The notes beneath the pieces were generated by a model, which was not told the origin of the DNA, ran no database searches, and worked only from the letters and a program-made list of their open reading frames with translations. A program made the translations under genes and the position numbers. From Vicinamibacterales bacterium (lineage in GTDB: Bacteria > Acidobacteriota > Vicinamibacteria > Vicinamibacterales > JAMQPK01), in assembly GCA_963821395.1 (NCBI GenBank), contig CAWGDY010000030.1, forward strand, positions 134,195 through 198,194: a DNA stretch of 64,000 bases. The letters run 5' to 3'. How positions within the stretch are numbered: position 1 is the first letter of the stretch; the number at the start of each line of letters is the position of its first letter. This document shows, piece after piece, positions 27,036-38,028 of the stretch.

Positions 27036-29231
27036 ATGATGCCGTCCGCTTCACTGAAAATTCGATCGGCTGCCGTACTCGGCGCCGGCACCATGGGCGC
27101 ACAAATCGCCGCGCACCTCGCCAATGCCGGATACGAGGTGACGCTGCTCGATGTGTCGGCCGATGCCGCCCGCAAGGGTCTCGAGCGCGCACGAACGCTC
27201 AAGCCGGATCCGTTCTACACGCCCGAGGTCTTCGAACGCATCCGCACAGGCGGCTTCGACGCCGACCTTCACCTGATCGCGCAGGCCGACTGGACGATCG
27301 AGGCCATCATCGAGCAGGCGGCCGCGAAGCAGTCGCTGCTGGAGCGGGTGGACGCCGCGCGCAGGCCTGGCTCGATCGTCAGCTCGAACACGTCGGGGCT
27401 TTCCATCACCGGATTGGCCCGAGGCCGCAGCGACGATTTCCGGCGGCACTGGGTCGGCACACATTTCTTCAACCCGCCTCGCTATCTGACGCTCGTCGAG
27501 CTCATTCCGACGGCTGACACCGATCCCAATGTGCTCGCGATCCTCCGCGAGTTTGTCGATCGCCGCCTGGGCAAGAACGTCGTTGTTGCAAAAGACACAC
27601 CGGGCTTCATCGCGAACCACGTGGCAATGCACGGTCTCGTCAGAATTTTCGACGCGCTGGCCGCCGGCACCTACACGGTGGAGGAAATCGACGCGATGAC
27701 CGGGGCGGCAATCGGCAGGCCCAAGAGCGCGACCTTCAGGACCGTGGACATCGCCGGCCTCGACATCCTCGTGCACGTCGCGAACGATCTCGTCGCACGC
27801 CTGCCTCAGGGCCGCGGTGCCGAGTTCCAGTTCCCACCGTTCGTGCAGGAGATGCTCGCCCGCGGGTGGATTGGCGAGAAAGCGGGGCGCGGCTTCTACC
27901 TGCGAAAGAAGAATGAGGCCGGCGACACTGACATCTGGGCGCTCGATCCAAAAACGATGGAGTACAGGCCACGACAGCCTGTCAGGCTACCGTCACTCGA
28001 CGCGGCCGCCTCTCTTCCGCTCGCCGAGCGTATGCGGAAGCTGTCCTCGGGAACCGACCGCGTCGCGGCATTTCTCCAGGCCACGCTTCCCGCGTCCCTC
28101 CAGTACACGGCGGAGGTGGCGCCTGAGATCGCTTCGTCGATCGACGACATCGATCGCGCCATGCGCTGGGGATACGGCTGGCCACTGGGTCCCTTCGAGC
28201 TGGCCGACGCGATCGGGCTGAACACACCGCCGTTTCGAACATCGCCGCTCCCGCCGGCCGGACCGGAGGTGGAGATCCTGCGGAGCGCGCGCGATCGTCA
28301 GAAAGTCGTGGCCTCGAATGCCGGCGCCAGCCTCATCGATCTGGACGATGGGGTGCTGGCCGTGTCCCTGCACTCGAAGATGAATGCCATCGGCGGCGAT
28401 GCGCTCGACATGCTCCAGCGCGGCGTCCGCGAGGCCTCGCAGAACTTCGCGGCGCTCGTCGTCTCGGCTGAAGGACAGAATTTTTCCGTGGGCGCCAACC
28501 TCATGCTCCTGCTCCTCGAGGCGCAGGATCAGAACTGGGACGAAGTGGATGCGATGATTCGCACGTTTCAGAAGGCCACGACCGGCCTTCGCTATTCGGA
28601 GGTACCGGTCGTCGTGGCCCCATTCGGCATGACGCTGGGCGGTGGCTGCGAGATCGTGCTGCACGGCGATCGCGTGCAGGCCGCGGCCGAAAGCTACATC
28701 GGGCTCGTCGAGGTTGGCGTCGGCCTGATTCCCGCCGGCGGCGGGACCAAGGAGATGCTGCTGCGGCTCGGCCCGCAGAAGGCGTTCGAGACCATCGGCT
28801 TCGCGAAAACGTCCACGTCGGGACGCGACGCGTTCGGACTCGGATATCTGAGGAGCGTCGACGGCCTGACGATGAATCGCGACCGGCTCGTGTTCGACGC
28901 CAAGCAGGAAGCCCTGAAGCGTGTGAGGGATGGATATCGTCCGCCGCTCCGGCCCGCCGCCATCCCGGTCGGCGGCGAGGCCATTCGAGCGACGCTCGAT
29001 CTCGGCGTGCACCTCGCATGGCGGGCGGGACGGATCACCGATCACGAGGCGATGATCGGCCGCAAGCTGTCGTGGATTCTTTCGGGTGGTTCCTTGCCTC
29101 ACGCCGGGAAGGTCAGCGAAGATCAACTGCTGGACCTCGAACGCGAGGTGTTTCTCAGCCTGTGCGGCGAGCCGAAGACGCTCGAACGCATCCAGTACAC
29201 GTTGAAAACGGGCAAGACACTGAGAAACTGA
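27036..29231 (+). CDS. Bifunctional 3-hydroxyacyl-CoA dehydrogenase / enoyl-CoA hydratase (FadN-like domain order)
   Basis: ATG at 27036 inside ORF 26937..29231. N-terminal Rossmann motif AVLGAGTMGAQIAAHLANAG. HCDH core, then a C-terminal crotonase-like half (..PVVVAPFGMTLGGGCEI..). Confidence 0.85.
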   Translation: MMPSASLKIRSAAVLGAGTMGAQIAAHLANAGYEVTLLDVSADAARKGLERARTLKPDPFYTPEVFERIRTGGFDADLHLIAQADWTIEAIIEQAAAKQSLLERVDAARRPGSIVSSNTSGLSITGLARGRSDDFRRHWVGTHFFNPPRYLTLVELIPTADTDPNVLAILREFVDRRLGKNVVVAKDTPGFIANHVAMHGLVRIFDALAAGTYTVEEIDAMTGAAIGRPKSATFRTVDIAGLDILVHVANDLVARLPQGRGAEFQFPPFVQEMLARGWIGEKAGRGFYLRKKNEAGDTDIWALDPKTMEYRPRQPVRLPSLDAAASLPLAERMRKLSSGTDRVAAFLQATLPASLQYTAEVAPEIASSIDDIDRAMRWGYGWPLGPFELADAIGLNTPPFRTSPLPPAGPEVEILRSARDRQKVVASNAGASLIDLDDGVLAVSLHSKMNAIGGDALDMLQRGVREASQNFAALVVSAEGQNFSVGANLMLLLLEAQDQNWDEVDAMIRTFQKATTGLRYSEVPVVVAPFGMTLGGGCEIVLHGDRVQAAAESYIGLVEVGVGLIPAGGGTKEMLLRLGPQKAFETIGFAKTSTSGRDAFGLGYLRSVDGLTMNRDRLVFDAKQEALKRVRDGYRPPLRPAAIPVGGEAIRATLDLGVHLAWRAGRITDHEAMIGRKLSWILSGGSLPHAGKVSEDQLLDLEREVFLSLCGEPKTLERIQYTLKTGKTLRN

Positions 29232-30001
29232 TGGTCGACGTAGGAGCGGGTCGTCCGCTGGTGCTCGTGCCGGGCATTCAAGGGCGGTGGGAATGGATGG
29301 CGCCTTCCGTCGAGGCGCTGGCCCACGAGTATCGGGTCATTACGGCGTCGCTTCCCGGGGAACCCGGCGGACTCTCGTTCGGTGCCGAGACAGGCTTCGA
29401 CGTGTTCGTCGAGTATCTGGACCATCTTCTCGACACGTCCGGCGTTTCCAACGTCATCATGTGCGGTATCTCGTTCGGTGGCCTCATCGCCCTTCGATAC
29501 GCCGCGAAGCGGAGCGACCGCGTGAGCGGACTGATTCTGGTTTCGACGCCCGGCCCACACTGGAAACTGAGCCCGCATCAACGCCGATACGTCGCCTGGC
29601 CGTTGTTGACGAGCCCGCTGTTCGCGGCCGGCGCGGTCCGGCGCGGCTGGCGGGAAGTGCGGGCGCTCCATCCGACGCCGCGCGCGCGTCTGAACGCGTG
29701 CGTCAGAGCCGCATGGCACGTGGCCAGAGCGCCGGGCGTGCCCGGACGAATGAGCCTGCGCGCCCGGCTCGCCGAGCGGCAGGACTTCGAAGCCGATTGC
29801 ACGTGTGTGAAGGCTCCAACGCTGGTCGTGACGGGCGAACGCGATCTCGATCAGGTGGTGCCGTGTGACGAAACCATGAAGTATCTCGACCTGATACCCG
29901 GATCGCGCTTCCAGCTGTTCGAGGGAACGGGCCATCTGGGAACGGTGCTCGCGCCCGATCGTTTTGCGAACATTGTTTCGACATTTTCCCGGACGCTATG
30001 A
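29231..30001 (+). CDS. Alpha/beta hydrolase
   Basis: ATG at 29231 overlaps the upstream TGA by 1 nt. Nucleophile elbow GISFGG. A C-terminal His lies in GTGHLG. Confidence 0.75.
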   Translation: MVDVGAGRPLVLVPGIQGRWEWMAPSVEALAHEYRVITASLPGEPGGLSFGAETGFDVFVEYLDHLLDTSGVSNVIMCGISFGGLIALRYAAKRSDRVSGLILVSTPGPHWKLSPHQRRYVAWPLLTSPLFAAGAVRRGWREVRALHPTPRARLNACVRAAWHVARAPGVPGRMSLRARLAERQDFEADCTCVKAPTLVVTGERDLDQVVPCDETMKYLDLIPGSRFQLFEGTGHLGTVLAPDRFANIVSTFSRTL

Positions 30002-30651
30002 CCGACGACAAAGACATCCGTCTCACCGACGTGGCGATTCACGGCCCGGCCGGGCCGATGGAGGGCCTGATCAACGCGAAGGCCGGAGACCTGCCGCGCG
30101 CGATCGCCGTGCTGGGCCACCCGCTGCCGACCGGTGGCGGCACGATGCACACCAAGGCCGTGTATCACGCGACCAAGGCCCTCGCCCGCATCGGCGTGCC
30201 CGTGCTCCGATTCAGTTTCCGCGGCGTGGGACGAAGTGCCGGGGCATTTTCCGGCGGTCCCGGCGAGCAGGAGGATTTCCGGGCGGCACTCGAGTTCATG
30301 AGAGCGCGGTATCCTGAGGTGACGCGCGTCTGGACCGGAGGCATGTCGTTCGGCTCGTGGGTCGGGATGACGGTCGGCGCCGCAGATCCCCACGTCACGG
30401 CGCTCATCGGCATCGCCTGCCCCGTGAACCGCTACGACTACTCGGCGGTCGTCGAGGCCGGCAAGCCGACATTTCTCATTCACGGCGAGCGCGACGAGGT
30501 GATTCCGTTGAAAGAGATCCGAAAGTTTTACGGGCAGTTGTCCGAGCCGAAAGAGCTCGTCGTCATCGACGGGGCCGATCATCTTTTCGACGGCAAAGTC
30601 TCTGAAGTCGGCGACGGCATCGAAGACCTGCTGCAGGATTTCGATGGCTGA
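29998..30651 (+). CDS. Alpha/beta hydrolase (short, COG2945-like)
   Basis: 217-aa ORF with GMSFGS nucleophile motif and GADHLF. ATGA overlap upstream. Confidence 0.75.
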   Translation: MTDDKDIRLTDVAIHGPAGPMEGLINAKAGDLPRAIAVLGHPLPTGGGTMHTKAVYHATKALARIGVPVLRFSFRGVGRSAGAFSGGPGEQEDFRAALEFMRARYPEVTRVWTGGMSFGSWVGMTVGAADPHVTALIGIACPVNRYDYSAVVEAGKPTFLIHGERDEVIPLKEIRKFYGQLSEPKELVVIDGADHLFDGKVSEVGDGIEDLLQDFDG

Positions 30652-31774
30652 GGCGCTCATCGTTTCCGCGGTCCGCACGCCCGTCGGCAAAGCCCCGAAC
30701 GGGTCGCTTCGAACGACGCGTCCCGACGAGCTCGCCGCGCTCGCCATGCGCGAGGCGCTGAAGCGGGCGCCAGGCCTGTCGGCGTCCGACGTCGACGACG
30801 TGATTCTCGGCTGCGCGATGCCCGAAGCCGAGCAGGGGCTGAACGTCGCGCGCATCGCCAGCCTTCGCGCCGGGCTGCCCGTCGAAGCCTCGGCGGTGAC
30901 CATCAACAGGTTCTGCGCCTCGGGGCTGCAAGCCATCGCGTTTGCCGCCGACCGAATCGTCGCCGGTTCGGCCAACGTCATCATCGCCGGGGGAACCGAG
31001 AGCATGAGCCTCGTGCCGATGGGCGGCAACAAGGTGGCGCCCAATCCGACACTGGTCGACCAGTATCCAGATGTGTACTTGACCACCGGTCTCGTCGCCG
31101 AGAACCACGCCAGAGACCACGGCATATCCCGCGAAGAACAGGACGCGTTTGCGCTCCGCAGTCATCAGCGAGCCCTGGCCGCTCTGGATGCCGGGAAGTT
31201 TCGCGACGAGACGGTTGCCGTCGGCTCGTTCTCGGCCGATGAAGGACCGCGGCGCGACACGTCTCTCGACGCGCTGGCCAAGCTGCGACCGGCCTTTCAC
31301 GTCAACGGCACCGTGACAGCCGGAAACTCGTCGCAGACGAGCGACGGGGCTTCGGCCGTGGTCGTCGCCTCCGGAGAATTCGCGCGAGCGCACAACCTGA
31401 CGCCGCTGGCGCGGTTCGTGGCGTACGCCACCGCGGGTGTCGCACCCGAGCGATTCGGCACAGGACCGGTACCCGCGATCAAAAAAGTGCTGAAGCGTGC
31501 CGGGCTTTCGCTCGACGACATCGATCTCGTCGAGCTGAACGAGGCTTTTGCCGCTCAGGTCCTTGCCTGCCTGCGCGAGCTGCCGATAGACGAGGCGCGT
31601 CTCAACGTCAACGGCGGCGCGATCGCGCTCGGCCACCCGCTCGGTTGCACGGGCGCCAAACTCACGACGAGCCTGCTCTACGAGATGCAGCGGCGCAAGG
31701 CTCGATACGGTCTGGTCACGATGTGCGTCGGCGGGGGCATGGGCGCCGCGGGCATTCTGGAGCGTGTGGCATGA
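30644..31774 (+). CDS. fadA: Acetyl-CoA C-acyltransferase (3-ketoacyl-CoA thiolase)
   Basis: 376-aa ORF with active-site Cys context [12 protein letters not shown]-terminal motifs [18 protein letters not shown] and MCVGGGMG. Confidence 0.92.
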   Translation: MAEALIVSAVRTPVGKAPNGSLRTTRPDELAALAMREALKRAPGLSASDVDDVILGCAMPEAEQGLNVARIASLRAGLPVEASAVTINRFCASGLQAIAFAADRIVAGSANVIIAGGTESMSLVPMGGNKVAPNPTLVDQYPDVYLTTGLVAENHARDHGISREEQDAFALRSHQRALAALDAGKFRDETVAVGSFSADEGPRRDTSLDALAKLRPAFHVNGTVTAGNSSQTSDGASAVVVASGEFARAHNLTPLARFVAYATAGVAPERFGTGPVPAIKKVLKRAGLSLDDIDLVELNEAFAAQVLACLRELPIDEARLNVNGGAIALGHPLGCTGAKLTTSLLYEMQRRKARYGLVTMCVGGGMGAAGILERVA

Positions 31775-33510
31775 AGGGCGCCGCGTGGATGCTCGAACCC
31801 GGCGATGCGGCATGCATCCTGACGCCGGAGCGGTTGACCGACGAGCTTCGGCTGATCGCACAAACGGCGCGCGAGTTCGTCGAAAAGGAAGTCGTGCCGG
31901 GCATCGAGCGCCTCGAGAAGAAGGACTGGGCGTTCGCGCGGCAGCTGCTGCAGCGTGCCGGCGCGCTGGGGCTGATTGGCGTCGACGCGCCGGAGGAATA
32001 TGGCGGTGTGGGGCTCGACAAGACTGCCGCGCTTGTCGTCAGCAGCCACACCTCGGGGAGCGCCTCGTTCAGCTCGACGTTTGGCGCGCAGAGCAATCTA
32101 GCGCTCAGCGCCATTCTCTATTTCGGCACCGACGAGCAGAAAGCGCGCTACCTGCCGAAACTGATCTCGGCCGAGCTGGTCGGCGCGTATGCCCTCAGCG
32201 AGTCCGGCTCCGGGTCCGATGCGTTGAGCGCGTCGTGCCGGGCGGTCCGCACCTCCGCCGGCGGCTTCGCGCTGACCGGCGAAAAGATGTGGATTACCAA
32301 CGGCGGCTTCGCCGACGTCTTCATCGTCTTTGCCAAAGTCGACGGGGAGCATTTCACCGCGTTCATCGTCGAGCGCGGGTTCGCGGGCGTCAGCACCGGG
32401 AACGAAGAGCACAAAATGGGGCTGCACGGGTCGTCGACGACGCCGCTGATTCTGCAGGACGCGCAGGTGCCCGCGTCGAACCTGCTGGGCGAGGTCGGTA
32501 AAGGCCACAAGGTGGCGTTCAACGTGCTGAACTTCGGCCGCTTCAAGCTCGGCGCGATGTGCGTGGGCGGCGCTTACGGCGCCATCCGCGACAGCGCGCG
32601 ATACGCGGCCTCGCGACGGCAGTTCGGAAAACCCATCGCCGAATTCGGCGCCATCAAGCACAAGCTCGCCGAGATGAGCGTGCAGACCTACGCCGTCGAG
32701 AGCCTGCTGTACCGCACGGCCGGCCTCATCGACGCGTCAATCGCGCGGAACACCACACCTGGCGCGGTGCTCTCGGCACTGGAGGAATTTGCCGTCGAAG
32801 CCTCGATTGCCAAGGTGGCCGGCAGCGAGATGCTGCAGTTCGTGCTCGACGAGAACGTGCAGATTCACGGCGGAAACGGGTTTGTCAGCGACTACCCGGC
32901 CGAGCGGCATTACCGCGACGCGCGCGTCAACCGGATTTTCGAGGGCACCAACGAGATCAATCGCCTGCTCATTCCCGGCATGCTCGTTCGACGTGGCCTG
33001 AAGGGGGACCTCCCGCTCATCGCGGCTGCCCGCAAGCTCCAGGACGAAATTCTCGCGGGCCCGGGCGCGTCCGAGTCTCGAGGCGAGGACCCGCTCGACG
33101 AGCAGCACGCGGCCGTGCGCGCGTTCAGAAAAGTCGCCCTGATGTCGCTCGGCCTCGCCATGCAGCGCTACGGCGAAGACCTGGCCAACGAGCAGGAGGT
33201 TCTGCTCGCCATTGCCGATATCGTCATCGCGCTGGCGTGCGCGGAAAGTGCCCTGCTGAGAGCTTCGACGGTCCGCGGGGAGATGGCGGCCTACCACGTC
33301 GACGCGGCGTCGATCTTCATCAACGACGCGGCATTCCGGATCGACGCGTCCGCCAGGCAGGTACTGGCCGCCATGGCCGAAGGCGACACGCTCCGCACCC
33401 ATCTCGCCGCGTTGAGACGGTTGCTCAAGGTCACGCCGATTGATACCGTTAAGAGACGGCGGCGGATTGCCGACGAGACCGTCCGCCGGGGAAGCTACAT
33501 CTTTCAATGA
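31771..33510 (+). CDS. Acyl-CoA dehydrogenase (long, ~580 aa form)
   Basis: ATG at 31771 with an ATGA overlap with the thiolase stop. Motifs [22 protein letters not shown] and [23 protein letters not shown]. Confidence 0.9.
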   Translation: MKGAAWMLEPGDAACILTPERLTDELRLIAQTAREFVEKEVVPGIERLEKKDWAFARQLLQRAGALGLIGVDAPEEYGGVGLDKTAALVVSSHTSGSASFSSTFGAQSNLALSAILYFGTDEQKARYLPKLISAELVGAYALSESGSGSDALSASCRAVRTSAGGFALTGEKMWITNGGFADVFIVFAKVDGEHFTAFIVERGFAGVSTGNEEHKMGLHGSSTTPLILQDAQVPASNLLGEVGKGHKVAFNVLNFGRFKLGAMCVGGAYGAIRDSARYAASRRQFGKPIAEFGAIKHKLAEMSVQTYAVESLLYRTAGLIDASIARNTTPGAVLSALEEFAVEASIAKVAGSEMLQFVLDENVQIHGGNGFVSDYPAERHYRDARVNRIFEGTNEINRLLIPGMLVRRGLKGDLPLIAAARKLQDEILAGPGASESRGEDPLDEQHAAVRAFRKVALMSLGLAMQRYGEDLANEQEVLLAIADIVIALACAESALLRASTVRGEMAAYHVDAASIFINDAAFRIDASARQVLAAMAEGDTLRTHLAALRRLLKVTPIDTVKRRRRIADETVRRGSYIFQ

Positions 33511-34122
33511 AGTACCTACAAACGGCCCTGATCGTCCTGCTCGCGGCTGCCGGAGCAAGCGGCTGCAATGCGGGCAATCCACCTCCGGAAGAAACCGGTG
33601 GCGATTACGTCAGTCAGATTCAAGTCGAGCGCGCGGCAAAAGATCAGGCGTTCAGGGACCAGCCAAACGAGCCGGTGCCTGCGGACAAGGTCGGGCCAGT
33701 TCCTGCCGCTGAAGTACTTCCCGCCGGATCCGGAGTACGCCGTGCCTGCCTCACTGAATCCGTCAACCGAGCGCACTCCCGTCGAGATGGTGACCTCGGC
33801 TGGCAAGATTCGAAAGCATGAGCGCGTCGGGGTGCTCGAGTTCACGCTGAAAGGCCAGCCGATGACGCTTGGCGCCTATGTCGAAGAAGGCGCCAGCCTG
33901 AAGCGCCTGTTCGTGCCGTTCAAGGACATGACGAGCGGGACCGAAACCTATGCGGCAGGCCGGTATCTCGAACTCGATGCGACGGCGAGCGGCGTGTATA
34001 CGATCGATTTCAACAAGGCGTTCAACCCGTACTGTTACTACAACGCGTCGTACGACTGCCCGTATCCTCCCCGTGAAAGCGTGCTGTCCCTGCCGATTCG
34101 CGCCGGCGAGCGTCTGCCTTGA
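33507..34122 (+). pseudogene. DUF1684-family lipoprotein with a +1 frameshift near 33693 (or a sequencing error)
   Basis: The lipobox N-terminus [42 protein letters not shown] is ORF 33507. It continues as QFLPLKYFPPDPEY..FKDMTSGTETYAAGRYLEL..IDFNKAFNPYCYYN..CPYPPRES in ORF 33568..34122. ATGA overlap upstream. Confidence 0.8.
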
Positions 34123-34819
34123 GCCTCCAGCGGCTTCAAGCCGTGTTCTTCGACTTCGACGGCGTCATCGCCGACAGCGAGCCTCTGCATCTTCGCGCGT
34201 ACCAGACGGTCCTGTCGGCCGACGGTATCGATCTGCGGAAAGACGACTACTACGCCCGATATCTCGGTTATGACGATGTCGGGTTGTTTCAGGCGCTGGC
34301 GAAGGATCAGGGCCTCGCGTTGACCGCCGAGACCATCGATCGTTGGGTGGAGGCGAAGTCGCATGTCGTCGACGAGATGTTGTCGAGCGCGGCGATTCTG
34401 TTCCCGGGTGCGGCCGACTGCGTGAAGATGTTCGCCGGGCACGTTCCGCTCGCCGTGGCCTCCGGGGCCCTCGAACCGGAGATCGAGAAGGTGCTCAACG
34501 GCGCCGGGCTCCGGCAGTACTTTGCGGCCATCGCCTCCGCGTCCGACGGCGTCCGGGGCAAGCCCGCGCCCGACCTGTATCTGCTCGCCATGGCCAAGAT
34601 TCGCAATCGTGTGGCGGTCGATCCGGCCTCGTGCATTGCCATCGAGGACTCGCACTGGGGCCTCGCGGCCGCACGCGAGGCAGGATTGCGCTGTATTGCC
34701 GTCACTCACACATATCCGGCGGCCGAACTGGCGTGGCCGATCTCGTGGTCGATCGGCTCGGCGATCTGACGCTGTCGAGAATCGAGGAACTGTTGCGCGA
34801 TAATGGAGTCGCGCGATGA
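34119..34819 (+). pseudogene. HAD-IA family hydrolase (beta-phosphoglucomutase-like) with a -1 frameshift near 34729 (or a sequencing error)
   Basis: FFDFDGVIADSE motif I. The annotated frame stops at 34769 after an aberrant tail (AWPISWSIGSAI). Shifting frame gives the expected ending GVADLVVDRLGDLTLSRIEELL and a TGA at 34817-34819, forming an ATGA overlap with the next gene. Confidence 0.8.
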
Positions 34820-35670
34820 AAGATACGTTCATCAACGAATTCTCGAAGATGGCGGCGAGCGCCGACCGCGACCTGGCGACGCCCGCGTTGATGATCGCGA
34901 AGCTCGAGTGCCCGTCGCTCGATCCGGGACCGTCGCTGGAGCGGCTCGACGCCATGGGCGCGGCCGCGCACGAACGGCTCGTGGCCAGCGGCTGTCTCGT
35001 GGACTCGCGCCACTCCGAGACGGCGGTGGACATCCTGAATGCGTATCTGTTCGACGAGGAAGGGTTCACGGGGAACCGCGACCGCTACGACGATCCCAGC
35101 AACAGCTTCCTGAACGAAGTCCTCGAGCGCCGCACGGGCATTCCGATTACGCTCGCGCTCGTCTACATGGAGGTCGCCCGGCGCGCCGGCATTCTCATCG
35201 ACGGCGTGAACTTTCCGGGACACTTCCTCATGCGTTTCACGCCGCTCATTCTCGATCCGTTTCATCGCGGCGCGCGGCTGTCGGAAAATGACTGCCGCCG
35301 TCTGTTACAGCGGCATATCGGCGAGGAGGCGGCGTTCGATCCGGCTCTGCTCGCGCCGGCGACGAAACCGCAGATGCTGACGCGCATGCTGCTGAACCTG
35401 AAGCGCATCTACGTCCGGCTGCACTCGTTCCCGCAGGCCCGCAACGTCACGGAGCTGCTGCTTGCGGTCGATCCGCCGGCGCTGGCCGAGCTGCGAGACC
35501 GGGGATTGCTGGCCTATCACATGAACGACTTCTCCGCCGCGCTGCGCGACCTGCAGCAGTACCTTCACTTCAGCGCCGGATCGGAGGTCGACGAAGAAGG
35601 CCGCAGCGATCACGAGCAGCTGTGGGAGCACGTCAAGACGCTCCGCCGTCGCGTCGCCTCGCTGAACTGA
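34816..35670 (+). CDS. SirB1/YchA-family protein (transglutaminase-like N-domain plus TPR-like C-domain)
   Basis: 284-aa ORF with NSFLNEVLERRTGIPITLALVYMEVARRAG..NFPGHFLMRF, typical of this family. Confidence 0.75.
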   Translation: MKDTFINEFSKMAASADRDLATPALMIAKLECPSLDPGPSLERLDAMGAAAHERLVASGCLVDSRHSETAVDILNAYLFDEEGFTGNRDRYDDPSNSFLNEVLERRTGIPITLALVYMEVARRAGILIDGVNFPGHFLMRFTPLILDPFHRGARLSENDCRRLLQRHIGEEAAFDPALLAPATKPQMLTRMLLNLKRIYVRLHSFPQARNVTELLLAVDPPALAELRDRGLLAYHMNDFSAALRDLQQYLHFSAGSEVDEEGRSDHEQLWEHVKTLRRRVASLN

Positions 35671-35698
35671 ATCTTCGCTGAACCGACAGGTGCCCCTC

Positions 35699-35734
35699 GA
35701 CTGTCGCCTTGCGACTGTCGACCGGCGACCGGCG
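35699..35734. repeat. Short tandem/direct repeats (GACTGTCG x2, ACCGGCG x2) in a convergent spacer
   Basis: GACTGTCGCC at 35699 and GACTGTCGACC at 35713, then ACCGGCGACCGGCG at 35721-35734. A weak hairpin CGACAG/CTGTCG lies at 35684-35706. Confidence 0.6.
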
Positions 35735-35735
35735 A

Positions 35736-36611
35736 CTATTTCAGGTAGTACTCGCTGACGTCCGACACCGGCCAGTAGCCGATCCGCTTGAAGAGACTGG
35801 GCGAGGCCGGACTCGTCACGTCCGTATAGAGCCAGCAGAACGCATTACCCTGCTCGAGCTGCTGCATGGTGAGGGCTTTGACGCAGGCCGTGCCGTATCC
35901 TCTGCCGCGCAGCTCCCGTGGCGTGTAGACGAAGTTGATGCGAACGCCGTTGGGCGTCTTGCCCGCCCAGGCCGCCATCGACACGGGGCCCGCGTCATCC
36001 CACACGTACAGCCGTCCCCGCGCAATCGAATCGGCGACAATCCGATCGGCATCGATCGGATCCGGCACCTGCGTTTCCCGCACGAACGCAACGGTCCAGT
36101 CCGCCAGCCGGCTGCGATCGTCGGCGGTCGCCTGTCGAAGCTGTCCGGACGCCGGAGGCAGATCGGGCTCGACGATCTTGCGCGTTTCGTGAATGCGAAG
36201 GCGCTTGCCGAACGTCGGCGCGATGCCCGACAACCGGCTCCACGACAGCGCGAAGTCGTCTACGGATCTCGATGGACCGCTGACGCCTTCGAGATCGGGC
36301 ACGGCCTGGAACGCGTCCCGGGCCAGTTCCGCAATCGGATCCCGGTTGGCACGCGTGATGACGAGCTTGTACGGCGCGATGTGGACAGCGCAGGCGTGGA
36401 CGCCGGCGCTGCTGCCGACCGTGGCCAGATATGGGCGCGCCGCCGCTGCGGGATTGCGCGCGATCCCCTGCGCGATGCTCAGGATGAGATTGTTCTCGGC
36501 CTCCGCCATCATCATCAGAGGCTCGGCCACGTGAAGAAACGCCTCTGCGGTCTCGTAGCGCGTGACGTGCAGCGCATGTCGTTGCATGACTCGCTCGTCG
36601 ATTTCGTTCAT
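35736..36611 (-). CDS. GNAT family N-acetyltransferase
   Basis: ATG at 36611 (MNEIDERV). Acetyl-CoA site RELRGRGYGTACV. The upstream part of the 547-aa ORF is antisense or out of frame relative to the S51 gene. Confidence 0.8.
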   Translation of the reverse strand: MNEIDERVMQRHALHVTRYETAEAFLHVAEPLMMMAEAENNLILSIAQGIARNPAAAARPYLATVGSSAGVHACAVHIAPYKLVITRANRDPIAELARDAFQAVPDLEGVSGPSRSVDDFALSWSRLSGIAPTFGKRLRIHETRKIVEPDLPPASGQLRQATADDRSRLADWTVAFVRETQVPDPIDADRIVADSIARGRLYVWDDAGPVSMAAWAGKTPNGVRINFVYTPRELRGRGYGTACVKALTMQQLEQGNAFCWLYTDVTSPASPSLFKRIGYWPVSDVSEYYLK

Positions 36612-36685
36612 CAGGCAATCCGTATGATAGCCAATTAATCCTGCAGACACCTGCGTACTTGTACTGATGGCGCACACGCGCGAAG

Positions 36686-37379
36686 TCATGCGAGCACGAT
36701 GGCCGGGAGCGGCTGCTCGGTGACGCGGCCGGCGTCGACGGCAACGTGATAGGCCGTGGCTCCGGCTTTCTTCGAGACGACCCGCAGGAGGTGTCCGTTC
36801 CTGAAGTGCGCGGCCACGCGATCGTCGATCGCATAGCCCGGGCGGATCTGCGCCTGTTCCATCAGCGCGTGGTACGCGGGCCGGCGCTCGACTTCGCCGT
36901 CGTAGTGCGGACAACAGCTTCCCGGAAGAAACCCGAGACAGTCGAGCGGGCGCAGACGATCGGCCCACGAATCGGTGACGCCCTGTTCGAACCAGCAGAT
37001 CGCGCCCGCGCTCTGGCCGCCCAGGACGATGCCCGCGTCGTAGGCTTCCCTGAGAATGTCGGTCAGCCCCCAGTCGCGCCAGACCGCCAGCATGCTCTTG
37101 GTGTTGCCGCCTCCGACGTAGATGACATCCTGATCGAGGATGAGGCTGCGCAAGTCCGGCGTACGGTGGAAAAAGGGCAGGTCCCGGGTGGTGGCGCCGA
37201 GCGATCCGAACGCCGCATGGAATTTCTCGACATAGGCGGCATCGTCGCCACGGGCCGTTGCGATCATCAGCACGTTCGGCCGTTCTTTCGACGACTGGTC
37301 GAGAAGGTACTTCTCGAGAGCGAGGTTCTGCGGATCGCCGACGAAGCCACCTCCGCCGATCGCAATGACGTTCAGACAT
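36686..37379 (-). pseudogene. Peptidase family S51 (dipeptidase E-like) with a +1 frameshift immediately after the start codon (or a sequencing error)
   Basis: ORF 36686..37273 carries GGGNTKSML and GGQSAGAICW. The conserved N-terminus LNVIAIGGGGFVGDPQNLALEKYLL continues upstream in the same frame with no start codon. The ATG at 37379 is one base out of frame: ATG-T-CTGAAC. Confidence 0.75.
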
Positions 37380-38028
37380 CGTCCAGGTTGAACTCCTCGA
37401 GCGAGCGCAGGCGATGATCGGCGAGCGAGAGCGCCAGATCCTTCGTCAGCTCGTTGGGAACGGCGACGCAGTAGATCCCGGCTCTTTTCGCCGCGAGAAT
37501 CCCGTTCGGCGAATCCTCGAAGGCAATCGTCTCATCGGCCGTCACGTCGAGCCGCTCGAGCGCGAGCTGGTACAGCGCGGGATCGGGTTTGACGGCCGCG
37601 ACGTGGTCTCGCGTGCAGATCGCGTCGAACTGGTCGAGCAGCGCGAATTTCTTCAGATTGTGCGTCACCCATGTCTGGGTCGAGCTCGACGCGATGGCGA
37701 GCTTCAACCCCCGCGCCTTCGCGCCAGTCACACACGCGGCCACGCCTGGCAGCAGCGGCTGCGCGCGCATCAACTCGAGCCACCGCCTGTTGCACGCCTC
37801 TTCCAGTTCAGCTCGACTGAACGATTGTCCCGACTGCTCCTCGAGATATCCCTGCAGATCGAACCCGTCGAGCGTACCGATGCAGGCCGCATATTTTTCG
37901 AATGGCAGCGAGCAGCCGTGCGAGGCATACAGCTCCGACCACGCCTGGAAGCCGGGGCTCTCGCTGTCGACGATGAGTCCATCGAAATCGAAGATGAGGG
38001 CTTTGACCGTTCGTCTAGTTGAACCCAA
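37372..38028 (-). CDS. HAD-IA family hydrolase
   Basis: 218-aa ORF with IFDFDGLIVDSE motif I, ASSS motif II and EDSPNG motif. Confidence 0.85.
   Translation of the reverse strand: MGSTRRTVKALIFDFDGLIVDSESPGFQAWSELYASHGCSLPFEKYAACIGTLDGFDLQGYLEEQSGQSFSRAELEEACNRRWLELMRAQPLLPGVAACVTGAKARGLKLAIASSSTQTWVTHNLKKFALLDQFDAICTRDHVAAVKPDPALYQLALERLDVTADETIAFEDSPNGILAAKRAGIYCVAVPNELTKDLALSLADHRLRSLEEFNLDDV

Noticed and set aside
35736-37379. 547-aa ORF spanning the GNAT and S51 regions.
   Set aside because: The N-terminal 256 codons are an out-of-frame reading of the S51 peptidase gene. The GNAT domain begins at the ATG at 36611.
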